A stretch of 64,000 nucleotides of DNA from Macrostomum hystrix (Eukaryota > Animalia > Platyhelminthes): assembly GCA_950097015.1 (NCBI GenBank), contig CATNEN010000003.1, positions 10,912,001-10,976,000 on the forward strand, read 5' to 3'. The notes below the pieces were generated by a model, which saw only the letters and a list, made by a program, of their open reading frames with translations, had not been told where the DNA came from and searched no databases. The translations under genes were made by a program, and so were the position numbers. This document shows positions 53,001-64,000 of this stretch, piece after piece; positions within the stretch are counted from its first letter, which is position 1; each line of letters begins with the position of its first letter.

Positions 53001-56000
53001 GGCCAGGACCGACAATGTCGCCCACTATGGTCATTGTGGCGCGCTGGCTGTCTGGCACGAAACGAAGTTCACGCTGCTCAGGGGCAACGAAGTCTTGAGG
53101 TACCTGCGGTGATGAGAGAGCGACTGTTTCAGGGAGGGTGTTTTGGGGAGGGTGTTTCATGGTGGATGTTTCAGAGAGGGTGTTTTAGGGAGGGTGTTTC
53201 AGAGAAGGTGTTTTAGGGAGGGTGTTTTGGAGTGTTTCAGGGAGGGTTTTTTGGGGAGGGTGTTTCATGGTGGGTGTTTCAGAGAGGGTGTTTCAGGGAG
53301 GGTGTTTTGGGGAGGGTGTTTCATGGTGGGTGTTTCAGAGAGGGTGTTTCAGGGAGGGTGTTTTGGGGAGGGTGTTTCATGGTGGGTGTTTCAGAGAGGG
53401 TGTTTTAGGGAGGGTGTTATAGGAAGGGTGTTTTAGGAAGGGTGTTTTAGGAAGGCTGTTTTAGGAAGGCTGTTTTAGGAAGGCTGTTTTAGGAAGGCTG
53501 TTTTAGGAAGGCTGTTTTAGGAAGGCTGTTTTAGGAAGGGTGTTTTAGGAAGGCTGTTTTAAGAAGGGTGTTTTAGGAAGGCTGTTTTAGGAAGGGTGTT
53601 TTAGGAAGGCTGTTTTAGGAAGGGTGTTTTAGGAAGGCTGTTTTAGGAAGGGTGTTTTAGGAAGGCTGTTTTAGGAAGGCTGTTTTAGGAAGGGTGTTTT
53701 AGGAAGGGTGTTTTAGGAAGGGTGTTATAGGAAGGGTGTTTTAGGAAGGGTGTTATAGGAAGGGTGTTTTAGGAAGGGTGTTTTAGGAAGGTTGTTATAG
53801 GAAGGGTGTTTTAGGAAGGGTGTTTTAGGAAGGCTGCTTTAGGAAGGCTGTTTTTGGGAGAGTGTTTTGTGAAGGGTATCTTAGGGAGGGTGTTCTAGTA
53901 AGCGTGTTCAAGGGAGGGTGTTTTAGGGAGGCTGTTTTAGGGAGGGTGTTTTGTGAAGGGTATCTTAGGGAGGGTGTTCTAGTAAGCGTGTTCAAGGGAG
54001 GGTGTTTTAGGGAGGTCAATCTTTTGGAAAAGTGAAAAATGTGTGTCATACAACAGCAAAAGAAGCAGTCGCTAACCTCAATCCAGAAATTGTTGGCTTT
54101 CAGCTGGGCGGCGGCTGTTAAATCAAACAGGTGCGGAGTGTGATAAAAATTGGTGACTCCGTTCATTAACACCTCCACTGAGCGAGTGACGCAATTGCCG
54201 CCTATGTAGGAGCTGGCGCAGATTGTGAAACTGGTGTTGCCAGGCAGAACTGGCAATATGGGAATGTAGATGTACCTAGACTGGCCGGCTTCCAGGTACA
54301 CAAGAGTCTGCACCGTCTCATTACGCCAGGTAGTCGGGGCGTAGGAGTCCACAGCGCCACGCCAGCCAACTGAGACAACTTCGAATTTGCTGTCTCTCTT
54401 CACTTCCACCTGAGTTAGTTCAAATTGTGAGTTCAAGAGTCGTTTGTGTGATGGAAAAGGTCTGCTTAAACTCTAAAAAACTTTTCAGCTAATCAAAATG
54501 CGCCACGTCACTCGCCGATGCTATTTTTAGAATACTTTTTTATCCAATCAGACATCGACACGTCACTCGCTAATGCTATTTTTAGAACAAGTTTTTTTCT
54601 ATTAAGACCTCGACACGTCACTCAGCAATACTATTTGCAAAAACAAAATTGAGTTAATTAAGGAGCGACACGACAAAAAACTAACCAGTGTTTCAGTCCA
54701 GTAGTCCCAGTAGTTGAAAACGGCCACACGTACACCGATCTGTTCGCCCCAATAGGCTACTTCTGGCGCTTCAACAGTGATGAAAAATCGCCGGAATCCG
54801 GACATCAACGCCGGCTGCTGCTGAATAGAGAGGCCGTAAGTTCGATCAATCGAGAACGCGCCAACAACCCAAAATGTGTCAATCTTTGGCAACTCGATTC
54901 TAAAATCAATTCTACCGTTGGATTTAACATAGATGGACTTCCACAGCCAACCGACATCGTTATAGTGTCTGCTGAGATAGCTAAACATTTCCTGTTTGTT
55001 TCTGGGCGTCGGCGATTCAGGATCTGGCTTCTCTGGACAGTTCATCTCGTCTACGGCATTCGGACAGTCGATATTGCCGTCGCACAGTTGGGCCCTAGAG
55101 AAGCAGATAGAGCCTTGGGCCTGGCTCGAGCCACCGCTGCGCATGTAACAGGGATAGGCTCGCTTGGGATCTATGGTCTCGTTGCAGTCGTGTGCGAAGC
55201 TCACCTTAACGTTGAGGGGAAGAATAGGAGAATGTATACTTAGATTTGGGGCTAGTGAAGATGAGAATCAAGGTGAGAGATTGTATGTTTTGGGATGAGA
55301 CAAGATGAGAATTGGGATGAGACAAGATGAGATTCGTTATGAGACAAGATGAGATTCGGTATGAGACCAGATGAGATTCGGGATGAGACGAGATGAGATT
55401 CAGTATGAGACCAGATAAGATTCGGTATGAGACCAGATGAGATTTGGGATGTGACCAGATGAGATTCGGGATGAGACCAGATGAGATTCGGGATGAGACA
55501 AGATGAGATTCGGTATGAGACAAGATGAGATTCAGTATGAGACAAGATGAGATTCGGTATGAGACCAGATGAGATTTGGGATGAGACCAGGTGAGATTTG
55601 GGATGAGACAAGATGAGATTCGGGATGAGACAAAACGAGATTTGGGATGAGACAAGATGATATTCGGAATGAGACAGATGAGATTTGGGATGAGACGAGA
55701 TGAGATTTGGGATGAGACGAGATGAGATTCGGAATGAGACAAGATGAGATTCGGGATGAGACAAGATGAGATTTGGTATGAAACCAGATGAGATTTGGTA
55801 TGAGACTAGATGAGATTCGGAATGAGACAAGATGAGATTTGGGATGAGACCAGATGAGATTCGGGATGAGACAAGATGAGATTTGGTATGAAACCAGATG
55901 AGATTTGGTATGAGACTAGATGAGATTCGGAATGAGACAGATGAGATTCGGGATGAGACAGATGAGATTCGGAATGAGACAGATGAGATTCGGGATGAGA

Positions 56001-59000
56001 CAAGATGAGATTCGGGATGAGACAAGATGAGATTTGGGATGAGACAGGATGAGATTCGGGATGAGACAAGATGAGATTTGGGATGAGACCAGATGAGATT
56101 CGGAATGAGACCAGATGAGATTCGGGATGAGACGAGATGAGATTTGGGATGAGACCAGATGAGATTCGGAATGAGACCAGATGAGATTTGGGATGAGACC
56201 AGGTGAGATTTGGGATGAGACAAGATGAGATTCGGGATGAGACAAAACGACATTTGGGATGAGACAAGATGAGATTCGGAATGAGACAGATGAGATTTGG
56301 GATGAGACAGGATGAGATTCGGTATGAGACCAGATGAGATTTGGGATGAGACCAGATGAGATTCGGGATGAGACGAGATGAGATTCGGTATGAGACAAGA
56401 TGAGATTCGGTATGAAACCAGATGAGATTTGGTATGAGACCAGATGAGATTTGGGATGAGACAAGATGAGATTCGGGATGAGACAAAACGAGAATTGGGA
56501 TGAGACAAGATGAGATTCTTTATGAGACAAGATGAGATTCGGTATGAGACCAGATGAGATTCGGGATGAGACGAAATGAGATTCGGTATGAGACCAGATG
56601 AGATTCGGGATGAGACAAGATGAGATTTGGGATGAGACCAGATGAGATTTGGGATGAGACAGGATGAGATTCGGTATGAGACCAGATGAGATTTGGGATG
56701 AGACCAGATGAGATTTGGGATGAGACCAGATGAGATTTGGGATGAGACCAGATGAGATTTGGGATGAGACCAGATGAGATTTGGGATGAGACAGGATGAG
56801 ATTCGGGATGAAACAAGATGAGATTTGGGATAAGAAAAATTGAGATTTAGGATGAGACATATTGAGATTCGGGGTGAGAGAAAATGAGATTAAGAGTGAG
56901 ATAACAGGAAAAACAAGTTGAGAGAGGATAAGATTTGGGGTGAGAGAGAATATTAAAAGGGCCAGACTTACCTTAGTATAATTTGAGTCGGTGAACAGTA
57001 TGAGTCCGGAGAAGTTCATAGTCTTGTTCGTGTCCGGACCAAAGCTGGGGCTGGGTACATAGACTCGCTGTTCATTATCCTCCGAGTGCATCCAGGTGTG
57101 CTCAAACGGTTGCTGGGCGTGACTCTCATAGGATTTCAATTCGTCGATTAGGTGGAAATCTCGCAGTACCTGAACGCCGCCGTGAACGAACAGGTCGTAA
57201 TGAACGGCCGAAAAGCTCATGTAGGAACCGGGTTGAGCATAGCCGTTAATCTCGACAGTGTCCACGTTGAGATCTTTGCCGCGATTGAACTCAACTGACA
57301 CCTCAGTTGTTTGAGTTAGATTGGCGAAAAAGGTCAAAGAGTCGCTGACGATTTCGCCGTCCTGACGAACAAAGAAAGCGATTAGGCGAGCGATTGGAGC
57401 CATGTCGCGAGAGATGGCCAACGAGAAGGTCTTGCTCAGCACGTTGCTAGGCATGGAGATTTTGTCGGCGAACACGATGTTACCGCCTGCAGCTACCTGT
57501 GATTTAGTGGCGGGGTACAAGTTGTACTTTCAACTGGCGCCCTCGATGTGAGTACGTTTAGGGTTGATGCTTGGTCGGGATTCAGTGTACATTCAGGGAT
57601 AGAGGTTTGGTCGGGATTCAGTGTACATTCAGAAATAGAGGTTTGTTCGGGATTCAGTGTACGTTTGGGTGTAGAGGTTAAATATGGGGGTAGAGGGTAG
57701 AGGTTAGAGATTCAGTGTACATTTGGGGGTAGAGGTTTGATCGGGAATCAGTGTACGTTTGGGGGTAGAGGTTAAATATGGGGGTAGAGGGTAGAGGTTA
57801 GAGATTCTGTGTACATTTGGGGGGTAGGTGAACAGTCGGGAGTGAGTGTACATTCGGGGTAGAGGTTTGCTAGAGATTCAGTGTGCATCAGGAGGAAGAG
57901 GTTTCGTTGGAATTCAGTGTACATTTAGAGGTAGAGGTTTTGTTGGGAGTAAGTGTACATTTAAGTATAAAAATGTAAATTTACCTGATAATAAACCTCG
58001 GGCGAATAATAATTGGTCTCTACGTGAAACACGGCATATTCGTCAACCCTAGGATGCGCCGTAGAAATTGACAATTGCAGATAAGAATTACTCTCCGAAT
58101 GGTGCCTATAAAAGTACTGATCTTTGACACTCGGACTGCGGTAAGAATCTCTTAAAACGGCGTTAACTCGATAATATTGACAAACAGCCGTGGCTGATGT
58201 ACGGAATGAATAGGTTAATAAGCCGGTATCGGGCACAGGCAGGCCAGACACCTGATGCCTAATAGCCGAGTTATCGCAATAGACCGTCAGGTCAACATTA
58301 GCATTAGATCGCTGTCTCAAACGAGTACCATCGGGATTTTGAATCATCATCATGATTCGCATCGGCATGCCGGGACGAAACGGTCTGGAAGTGCCGCCTA
58401 AGAATCTGAACATCGGCGTGGCCGAATAAATGTAGGAATAGGCCTTGCTTGTAACATTGATCAACAGGTACCAGTCCACGATGGACACTTCGACGAATAC
58501 TTCCGTGTTAGCTAAGCTGGCCTGGGATTGCCCTGTGGCCGCTTTCAGTTCGGACATTGTGAATAGAAAGTCGGATTTGCCATCGAACTGCGGGCAAAGA
58601 AAAAACCCCGATTTTCGAAATCTATTTAGTATGGAGTGAATTAGGATTCCCAGGTAGAATAATTGGTGGGATGAGATTGGATTTTGAGGTGGATTTAGTG
58701 GTGGGATGAGATGGGATTTTGAAGTAGATTTAATGGTGGGATGAGATGGGATTTTGAGGTGGATTTAATGGTGGGATGAGATGGGATTTTGAGGTGGATT
58801 TAATGGTGGGATGAAATGGGATTTTGAGGTGGATTTAGTGGTGGGATGAGATGGGATTTTGAGGTGGATTTAGTGGTGGGATGAGATGGGATTTTGAGGT
58901 GGATTTAGTGGTGGGATGAGATGGGATTTTGAGGTGGATTTAATGGTGGGATGAGATGGGATTTTGAGGTGGATTTAATGGTGGGATGAGATGGGATTTT

Positions 59001-60321
59001 GAAGTAGAATTAATGGTCGGATGAGATGGGATTTTGAAGTAGAATTAATGGTCGGATGAGATGGGATTTTGAGGTGGATTTAGTGGTGGGATGAGATGGG
59101 ATTTTGAGGTGGATTTAATGGTGGGATGAGATGGGATTTTGAAGTAGAATTAATGGTCGGACGAGATGGGATTTTGAGGTAGATTTAGTGGTGGCATGAG
59201 ATGGGATTTTGAGGTAGATTTAATGGTGGGATGAGATGGGATTTTGAAGTGGATTTAATGGTGGGATGAGATGGGATTTTGAAGTAGAATTAATGGTCGG
59301 ACGAGATGGGATTTTGAGGTAGATTTAGTGGTGGCATGAGATGGGATTTTGAGGTAGATTTAATGGTGGGATGAGATGGGATTTTGAAGTAGAATTAATG
59401 GTCGGATGAGATGGGATTTTGAAGTAGATTTAGTGTTGAGATGAGATGGGATTTTGAGTGGATTTATTGGTGGGATGAGATTTTGAGGTAGATTTAGTGG
59501 TGGGATGAGATGGGATTTTGAGGTAGATTTAGTGGTGGGATGAGATGGGATTTTGAGGTAGATTTAGTGGTGGGATTAGATTGGATTTTGAGGTAGATTT
59601 AATGGTGGGATGAGATTTTGAGGTAGATTTAGTGGTGGGAAGAGATGGGATTTTGAGGTAGATTTAGTGGTGGGATGAGATTGGATTTTGAGGTAGATTT
59701 AATGGTGGGATTAGATTGGATTTTGAGGTAGATTTAATGGTGGGATTAGATTGGATTTTGAGGTAGATTTAGTGGTGGGATGAGATGGGATTTTGAGGTA
59801 GATTTAGTGGTGGGATGAGATGGGATTTTGAAGTAGATTTAATGGTGGGATGAGATGGGATTTCGAGTTGGATAAGGGTGGCATGGGATGGGAAAATATG
59901 GGGTTTTGATTTGCTTTCAAAATATGATATTGGATTTTGAGAAGTATTCAGGGTGGGATAAAACTTGTTATTTTAAGATAAATGTGAATCGAGACGAGAC
60001 GTATGATCAGTAGTGAGAAGCCGAGAAGACCACTAACCACTCCAATCCTGCGGTACATCACAGCCATCGGTGGATCAGTTGAAGCGGCCTGTGATGCGCG
60101 GAGTTCTAACCGAATGGAACAATTTCCTCTAACTGCTACTCCACTAGTGTGACTGTAAGTAGTAAATGACGGATTTTTCGTGATTAAAAAAGCTTGCAGA
60201 TAAATAAACTCGCTATTAATTAATTAGGCAACTCACTTAGACATGATAAGGCCATAGACACCAAAGTCGAATTCAGTTAGACGAGGCGGCATTGTCACAT
60301 TGACATCGAATCTTGGCTGCC
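46610..60321 (-). CDS. Mcr: Alpha-2-macroglobulin/TEP-family protein, Mcr (macroglobulin complement-related)/CD109-like; 5'-partial, 11 exons in window, about 1392 aa
   Basis: Exons 60321-60237, 60152-60038, 58587-57985, 57496-56972, 55204-54686, 54409-54077, 53103-52631, 51609-51289, 50449-50143, 49923-49480 and 47065-46610 all have GT-AG boundaries with matching phases (4181 nt total). A2M motifs: QPRFDVNV, ARLIAFFVRQDGEIVSDS, WVVGAFSIDRTYGLSI, GEQIGVRVAVFNY, SVWLSAY, GFSSTLDT, SGMAVLDIKVPTGY, KVYEYYEP, plus an LDLa module and the Mcr-type C-terminal CSVCGSFQCPYC. Confidence 0.9.
47155..49422. repeat. Intronic 29/30-bp minisatellite AAAATCAGACACTAGAGATCCCAGATCCC
   Basis: Fills most of intron 47066-49479. 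Confidence 0.97.
49480..49923 (-). CDS. Mcr: Mcr-like exon, CUB / receptor-binding domain region
   Basis: Acceptor atattcag|ATT, donor AAG|gtaagt; contains AEGSGAALLQL and SGMAVLDIK. Confidence 0.92.
50143..50449 (-). CDS. Mcr: Mcr-like exon, TED domain end
   Basis: Acceptor tttccag|G, donor AAG|gtgata; contains KWLNSMRNWNRGFSSTLDTLFALK. Confidence 0.9.
50625..51232. repeat. Intronic 34-bp minisatellite TTTACCCTAGATAATCGGGCGGGTAATTAGTATC
   Basis: Lies in intron 50450-51288. Confidence 0.95.
51289..51609 (-). CDS. Mcr: Mcr-like exon, TED domain
   Basis: Acceptor ccccacag|G, donor AG|gtgggc; phase 2-2; contains GSFAE, VTALVVIAM and LAMASYAL. Confidence 0.9.
51703..52622. repeat. Intronic 30-bp minisatellite CCAGAGTGAGTCTGATAGGGTTTTGAAGGA
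   Basis: Lies in intron 51610-52630. Confidence 0.97.
52631..53103 (-). CDS. Mcr: Mcr-like exon, start of the thioester (TED) domain with a degenerate thioester site
   Basis: Acceptor accgcag|GTA, donor AG|gtgaac; contains VGDIVGP, LPAGAAENVL, GAFQNF and SVWLSAY. Confidence 0.92.
53124..54015. repeat. Intronic 14-bp minisatellite GGAAGGGTGTTTTA
   Basis: Lies in intron 53104-54076. Confidence 0.95.
54077..54409 (-). CDS. Mcr: Mcr-like exon (VEVKRDS...NFWIE)
   Basis: Acceptor actcag|GTG, donor GAG|gttagc; 333 nt. Confidence 0.9.
54686..55204 (-). CDS. Mcr: Mcr-like exon encoding the LDLa module and the A2M domain start
   Basis: Acceptor gttaag|GTG, donor CTG|gttagt. CFSRAQLCDGNIDCPNAVDEMNC is an LDL-receptor class A motif; GWLW and GEQ..V.VFNY are A2M motifs. 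Confidence 0.92.
55290..56830. repeat. Intronic 22-bp minisatellite GAGATTCGGGATGAGACAAGAT
   Basis: Lies in intron 55205-56971. Confidence 0.96.
56972..57496 (-). CDS. Mcr: Mcr-like exon (VAAGGNIV...DSNYTK)
   Basis: Acceptor atcacag|GTA, donor AAG|gtaagt; 525 nt. Confidence 0.92.
57550..57960. repeat. Intronic degenerate repeat, about 35 bp, GATTCAGTGTACATT..GGTAGAGGTT
   Basis: Lies in intron 57497-57984. Confidence 0.85.
57985..58587 (-). CDS. Mcr: Mcr-like exon (macroglobulin domains, FDGKSDFLF...EVYYQ)
   Basis: Acceptor cccgcag|TTC, donor CAG|gtaaat; 603 nt, phase 0-0; overlaps ORF 57961-58557. Confidence 0.9.
58665..59875. repeat. Intronic 35-bp minisatellite GTGGGATGAGATGGGATTTTGAGGTGGATTTAATG
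   Basis: Lies in intron 58588-60037. Confidence 0.96.
60038..60152 (-). CDS. Mcr: Mcr-like exon (HTSGVAVRGNCSIRLELR...RRIGV)
   Basis: Acceptor acttacag|T, donor GTG|gttagt. Phase 2 to 0 fits both neighbours; resembles the A2M YTYGKPVxG motif. Confidence 0.85.
60237..60321 (-). CDS. Mcr: Mcr-like exon (QPRFDVNVTMPPRLTEFDFGVYGLIMS)
   Basis: Acceptor atcatag|GG, donor AA|gtgagt. Resembles the A2M LPKFEV motif. Missed by the ORF track. Confidence 0.85.
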
Positions 60322-60401
60322 CTATGATTGGTTGATAAATTGTGAAATTATTAACCATAACTATCTGTGACTTCACTAGGTTCACGTGCTTTCTAAGCAT
60401 T

Positions 60402-61680
60402 GGAGAAATTGGTCCAGATTATTCTTTTGGGTGGGGAGAAATTGGTCCAGATTCTTCTTTTGGGTGGGGAGAAATTGGTCCAGATTCTTCTGGGTGGGGA
60501 GAAATTGGTCCAGATTCTTCTGGGTGGGGAGAAATTGGTCCAGATTCTTCTGGGTGGGGAGAAATTGGACCAGATTCTTCTGGGTGGGTAGAAATCGGTC
60601 CAGATTCTTCTGGGTGGGGAGAAATTGGTCCAGATTCTTCTGGGTGGGGAGAAATTAGTCCAGATTCTTCTTTTGGGTGGGTAGAAATTGGTCCAGATTC
60701 TTCTGGGTGGGGAGAAATTGGTCCAGATTCTTCTGGGTGGGTAGAAATTGGTCCAGATTCTTTTGGTCGAGGAGAAATCGGTCCAGATTCTTCTGGTCGG
60801 GGAGAAATCGGTCCAGATTCTTCTGGTCGGGGAGAAATCGGTCCAGATTCTTCTTTGGGGTCGGGGAGAAATTGGTCCAGATTCTTCTTTGGGGTCGGGG
60901 AGAAATTGGTCCAGATTCTTCTGGGTGGGGAGATATTGGTCCAGATTCTTCTTTTGGGTGGGGAGAAATTGGACCAGATTCTTCTGGGTGGGTAGAAATC
61001 GGTCCAGATTCTTCTGGGTGGGGAGAAATTGGTCCAGATTCTTCTGGGTGGGGAGAAATTAGTCCAGATTCTTCTTTTGGGTGGGTAGAAATTGGTCCAG
61101 ATTCTTCTGGGTGGGGAGAAATTGGTCCAGATTCTTCTGGGTGGGTAGAAATTGGTCCAGATTCTTTTGGTCGAGGAGAAATCGGTCCAGATTCTTCTGG
61201 TCGGGGAGAAATCGGTCCAGATTCTTCTGGTCGGGGAGAAATCGGTCCAGATTCTTCTTTGGGGTCGGGGAGAAATTGGTCCAGATTCTTCTTTGGGGTC
61301 GGGGAGAAATTGGTCCAGATTCTTCTTTGGGGTCGGGGAGAAATTGGTCCAGATTCTTCTTTGGGGTCGGGGAGAAATTGGTCCAGATTCTTCTTTGGGG
61401 TCGGGGAGAAATTGGTCCAGATTCTTCTGGGTGGGGAGAAATTGGTCCAGATTCTTCTGGGTGGGTAGAAATTGGTCCAGATTCTTTTGGTCGAGGAGAA
61501 ATCGGTCCAGATTCTTCTGGTCGGGGAGAAATCGGTCCAGATTCTTCTTTGGGGTCGGGGAAAAACCGGTCCAGATTCTTCTTTTGGGGTCGGGGAGAAA
61601 TTGGTACAGATTCTTCTGGTCGGGGAGAAATGGGTCCATATTCTTCTTTTGGGGTCGGGGAGAAATTGGTCCAGATTTCT
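60402..61680. repeat. Intronic 30-35-bp minisatellite GGAGAAATTGGTCCAGATTCTTCTGGGTGG
   Basis: Direct tandem array. Confidence 0.96.
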
Positions 61681-62169
61681 CTTTAGACTTTTTATAATAT
61701 TTAGCAAAGCTTCAAAATTAAAATGGTGATTGGTGATTAAAAATGCACGAATCAAGTGACTTAATTTTTATTCTTACCAAAAAACATGACGAACATTCAA
61801 CTTGCAATCACTGCGATCGGTAAAGCGAAATAGCCATTTGATAATTGGGCTGCAATTAATCAACAGTTCAGGTTTATTGGATAAAAATCAAATAAGAAAC
61901 AGGAAAGAATCGATTCGATAAAAAACACAAATCATTCACTAAAACACCAAAAATCGATAATAATGATATCAATTTAATCAGTTAACTAGAGAGAAGGTAT
62001 TTAATTAGCAGTAAAAATACAAAAAAAACTATTACAACGATTGCAAATTGTTCATTTGAATCAGGTATCAGAATCATGTAATTATTGCAGCAGAAGCGGA
62101 ACACAATATTCACATTTTCAGAAAAATACTGGACTTAATCAGGCTCGATAAAGTTCCAATCTAATATCA

Positions 62170-64000
62170 AGTGTCTCATCTCTCCCTAGTCCTATTTCTC
62201 CCATGTTTAATCTCTCCCCTGTCCGATCAATCCGTCTCATTTCTCCCCTGTCCCATCAATCCGTCTCCTCTCTCCCCTGTCCCATCAATCCGTCTCATCT
62301 CTCCCCTGTCCCATCAATCCGTCTCATCTCTCCCCTGTCCCATCAATCCGTCTCATCTCTCCCCTGTCCCATCAATCCGTCTCATCTCTCCCCTGTCCCA
62401 TCAATCCGTCTCATCTCTCCCCTGTCCCATCAATCCGTCTCAACTCTCCCCTGTCCCATCAATCCGTCTCATCTCTCCCCTGTCCCATCAATCCGTCTCA
62501 TCTCTCCCCTGTCCCATCAATCCGTCTCATCTCTCCCCTGTCCCATCAATCCGTCTCATCTCTCCCCTGTCCCATCAATCCGTCTCATCTCTCCCCTGTC
62601 CCATCAATCCGTCTCATCTCTCCCCTGTCCCATCAATCCGTCTCATCTCTCCCCTGTCCCATCAATCCGTCTCATCTCTCCCCTGTCCCATCAATCCGTC
62701 TCATCTCTCCCCTGTCCCATCAATCCGTCTCATCTCTCCCCTGTCCCATCAATCCGTCTCATCTCTCCCCTGTCCCATCAATCCGTCTCATCTCTCCCCT
62801 GTCCCATCAATCCGTCTCATCTCTCCCCTGTCCCATCAATCCGTCTCATCTCTCCCCTGTCCCATCAATCCGTCTCATCTCTCCCCTGTCCCATCAATCC
62901 GTCTCATCTCTCCCCTGTCCCATCAATCCGTCTCATCTCTCCCCTGTCCCATCAATCCGTCTCATCTCTCCCCTGTCCCATCAATCCGTCTCATCTCTCC
63001 CCTGTCCCATCAATCCGTCTCATCTCTCCCCTGTCCCATCAATCCGTCTCATCTCTCCCCTGTCCCATCAATCCGTCTCAACTCTCCCCTGTCCCATCAA
63101 TCTCAACTCTCCCCTGTCCCATCAATCCGTCTCATCTCTCCCCTGTCCGATCATCAATCTCAACTCTCCCCTGTCCCATCAATCCGTCTCATCTCTCCCC
63201 TGTCCGATCATCAATCTCAACTCTCCCCTGTCCCATCAATCCGTCTCATCTCTCCCCTGTCCGATCATCAATCTCAACTCTCCCCTGTCCCATCAATCCG
63301 TCTCATCTCTCCCCTGTCCGATCATCAATCTCAACTCTCCCCTGTCCCATCAATCCGTCTCATCTCTCCCCTGTCCGATCATCAATCTCATCTCTCCCCT
63401 GTCCCATCAATCCGTCTCAACTCTCCCCTGTCCCATCAATCCGTCTCATCTCTCCACTGTCCGATCATCAATCTCAACTCTCCCCTGTCCCATCAATCCG
63501 TCTCATCTCTCCACTGTCCGATCATCAATCTCAACTCTCCCCTGTCCCATCAATCTCAACTCTCCCCTGTCCCATCAATCTCAACTCTCCCCTGTCCGAT
63601 CATCAATCTCAACTCTCCCCTGTCCCATCAATCCGTCTCATCTCTCCACTGTCCGATCATCAATCTCAACTCTCCCCTGTCCCATCAATCTCAACTCTCC
63701 CCTGTCCCATCAATCTCAACTCTCCCCTGTCCGATCATCAATCTCAACTCTCCCCTGTCCCATCAATCCGTCTCATCTCTCCCCTGTCCGATCATCAATC
63801 TCAACTATCCCCTGTCCCATCAATCTCAACTCTCCCCTGTCCCATCAATCCGTCTCATCTCTCCACTGTCCGATCATCAATCTCAACTATCCCCTGTCTC
63901 ATCTCTTTACTGTCTGATCTATCCCAGTCTCATCTCTCTCCCGTTTGATCTGTCCCTCTCATCTTTCCCTATCCCATCTCTCCACCAGTCTCATCCCTTC
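62170..64000. repeat. 30-bp minisatellite CCCTGTCCCATCAATCCGTCTCATCTCTC-type (probably intronic)
   Basis: Direct tandem array. Confidence 0.96.

Noticed and set aside
61700-62160. Additional upstream Mcr exon
   Set aside because: The one plausible donor (about 61777) has an in-frame stop just upstream and no A2M-like translation.
1258-63948. Long repetitive ORFs (for example 601, 632, 590, 393, 268 and 581 aa)
   Set aside because: They coincide with tandem arrays, are open in several frames or strands because the units lack stop codons, and have no splice or domain support.

Overview
Repeat-dense eukaryotic (invertebrate-like) genomic DNA, not prokaryotic. About 30 distinct mini/microsatellite arrays account for nearly all of the long ORFs in the supplied track, and those ORFs are artefacts. 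The main real gene is a minus-strand alpha-2-macroglobulin/TEP-family gene of the Mcr (macroglobulin complement-related) type. I reconstructed 11 phase-consistent GT-AG exons for it between 46610 and 60321 (about 1390 aa; the 5' exons are not visible in the window). The protein has an LDLa module, has lost the thioester (GAAEN instead of GCGEQ) and ends in a hydrophobic tail. Most of its introns carry a different minisatellite. A single phase 1-1 Ig-domain exon lies at 8595-8954 (-). Mobile DNA includes two different hAT elements inserted back-to-back at the same 8-bp target (GCCTAGTC x3), and two tRNA-headed SINE families that share a palindromic 3' tail. The most unusual pattern is three pairs of related minisatellite arrays in inverted orientation around a unique spacer (foldback-like), at 16.3-19.2, 19.8-21.6 and 31.2-36.7 kb. 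A cluster of seven TTC-N3-GAA motifs lies just 3' of the Mcr stop codon. Repeat and SINE boundaries are approximate; exon and hAT boundaries were read base by base.
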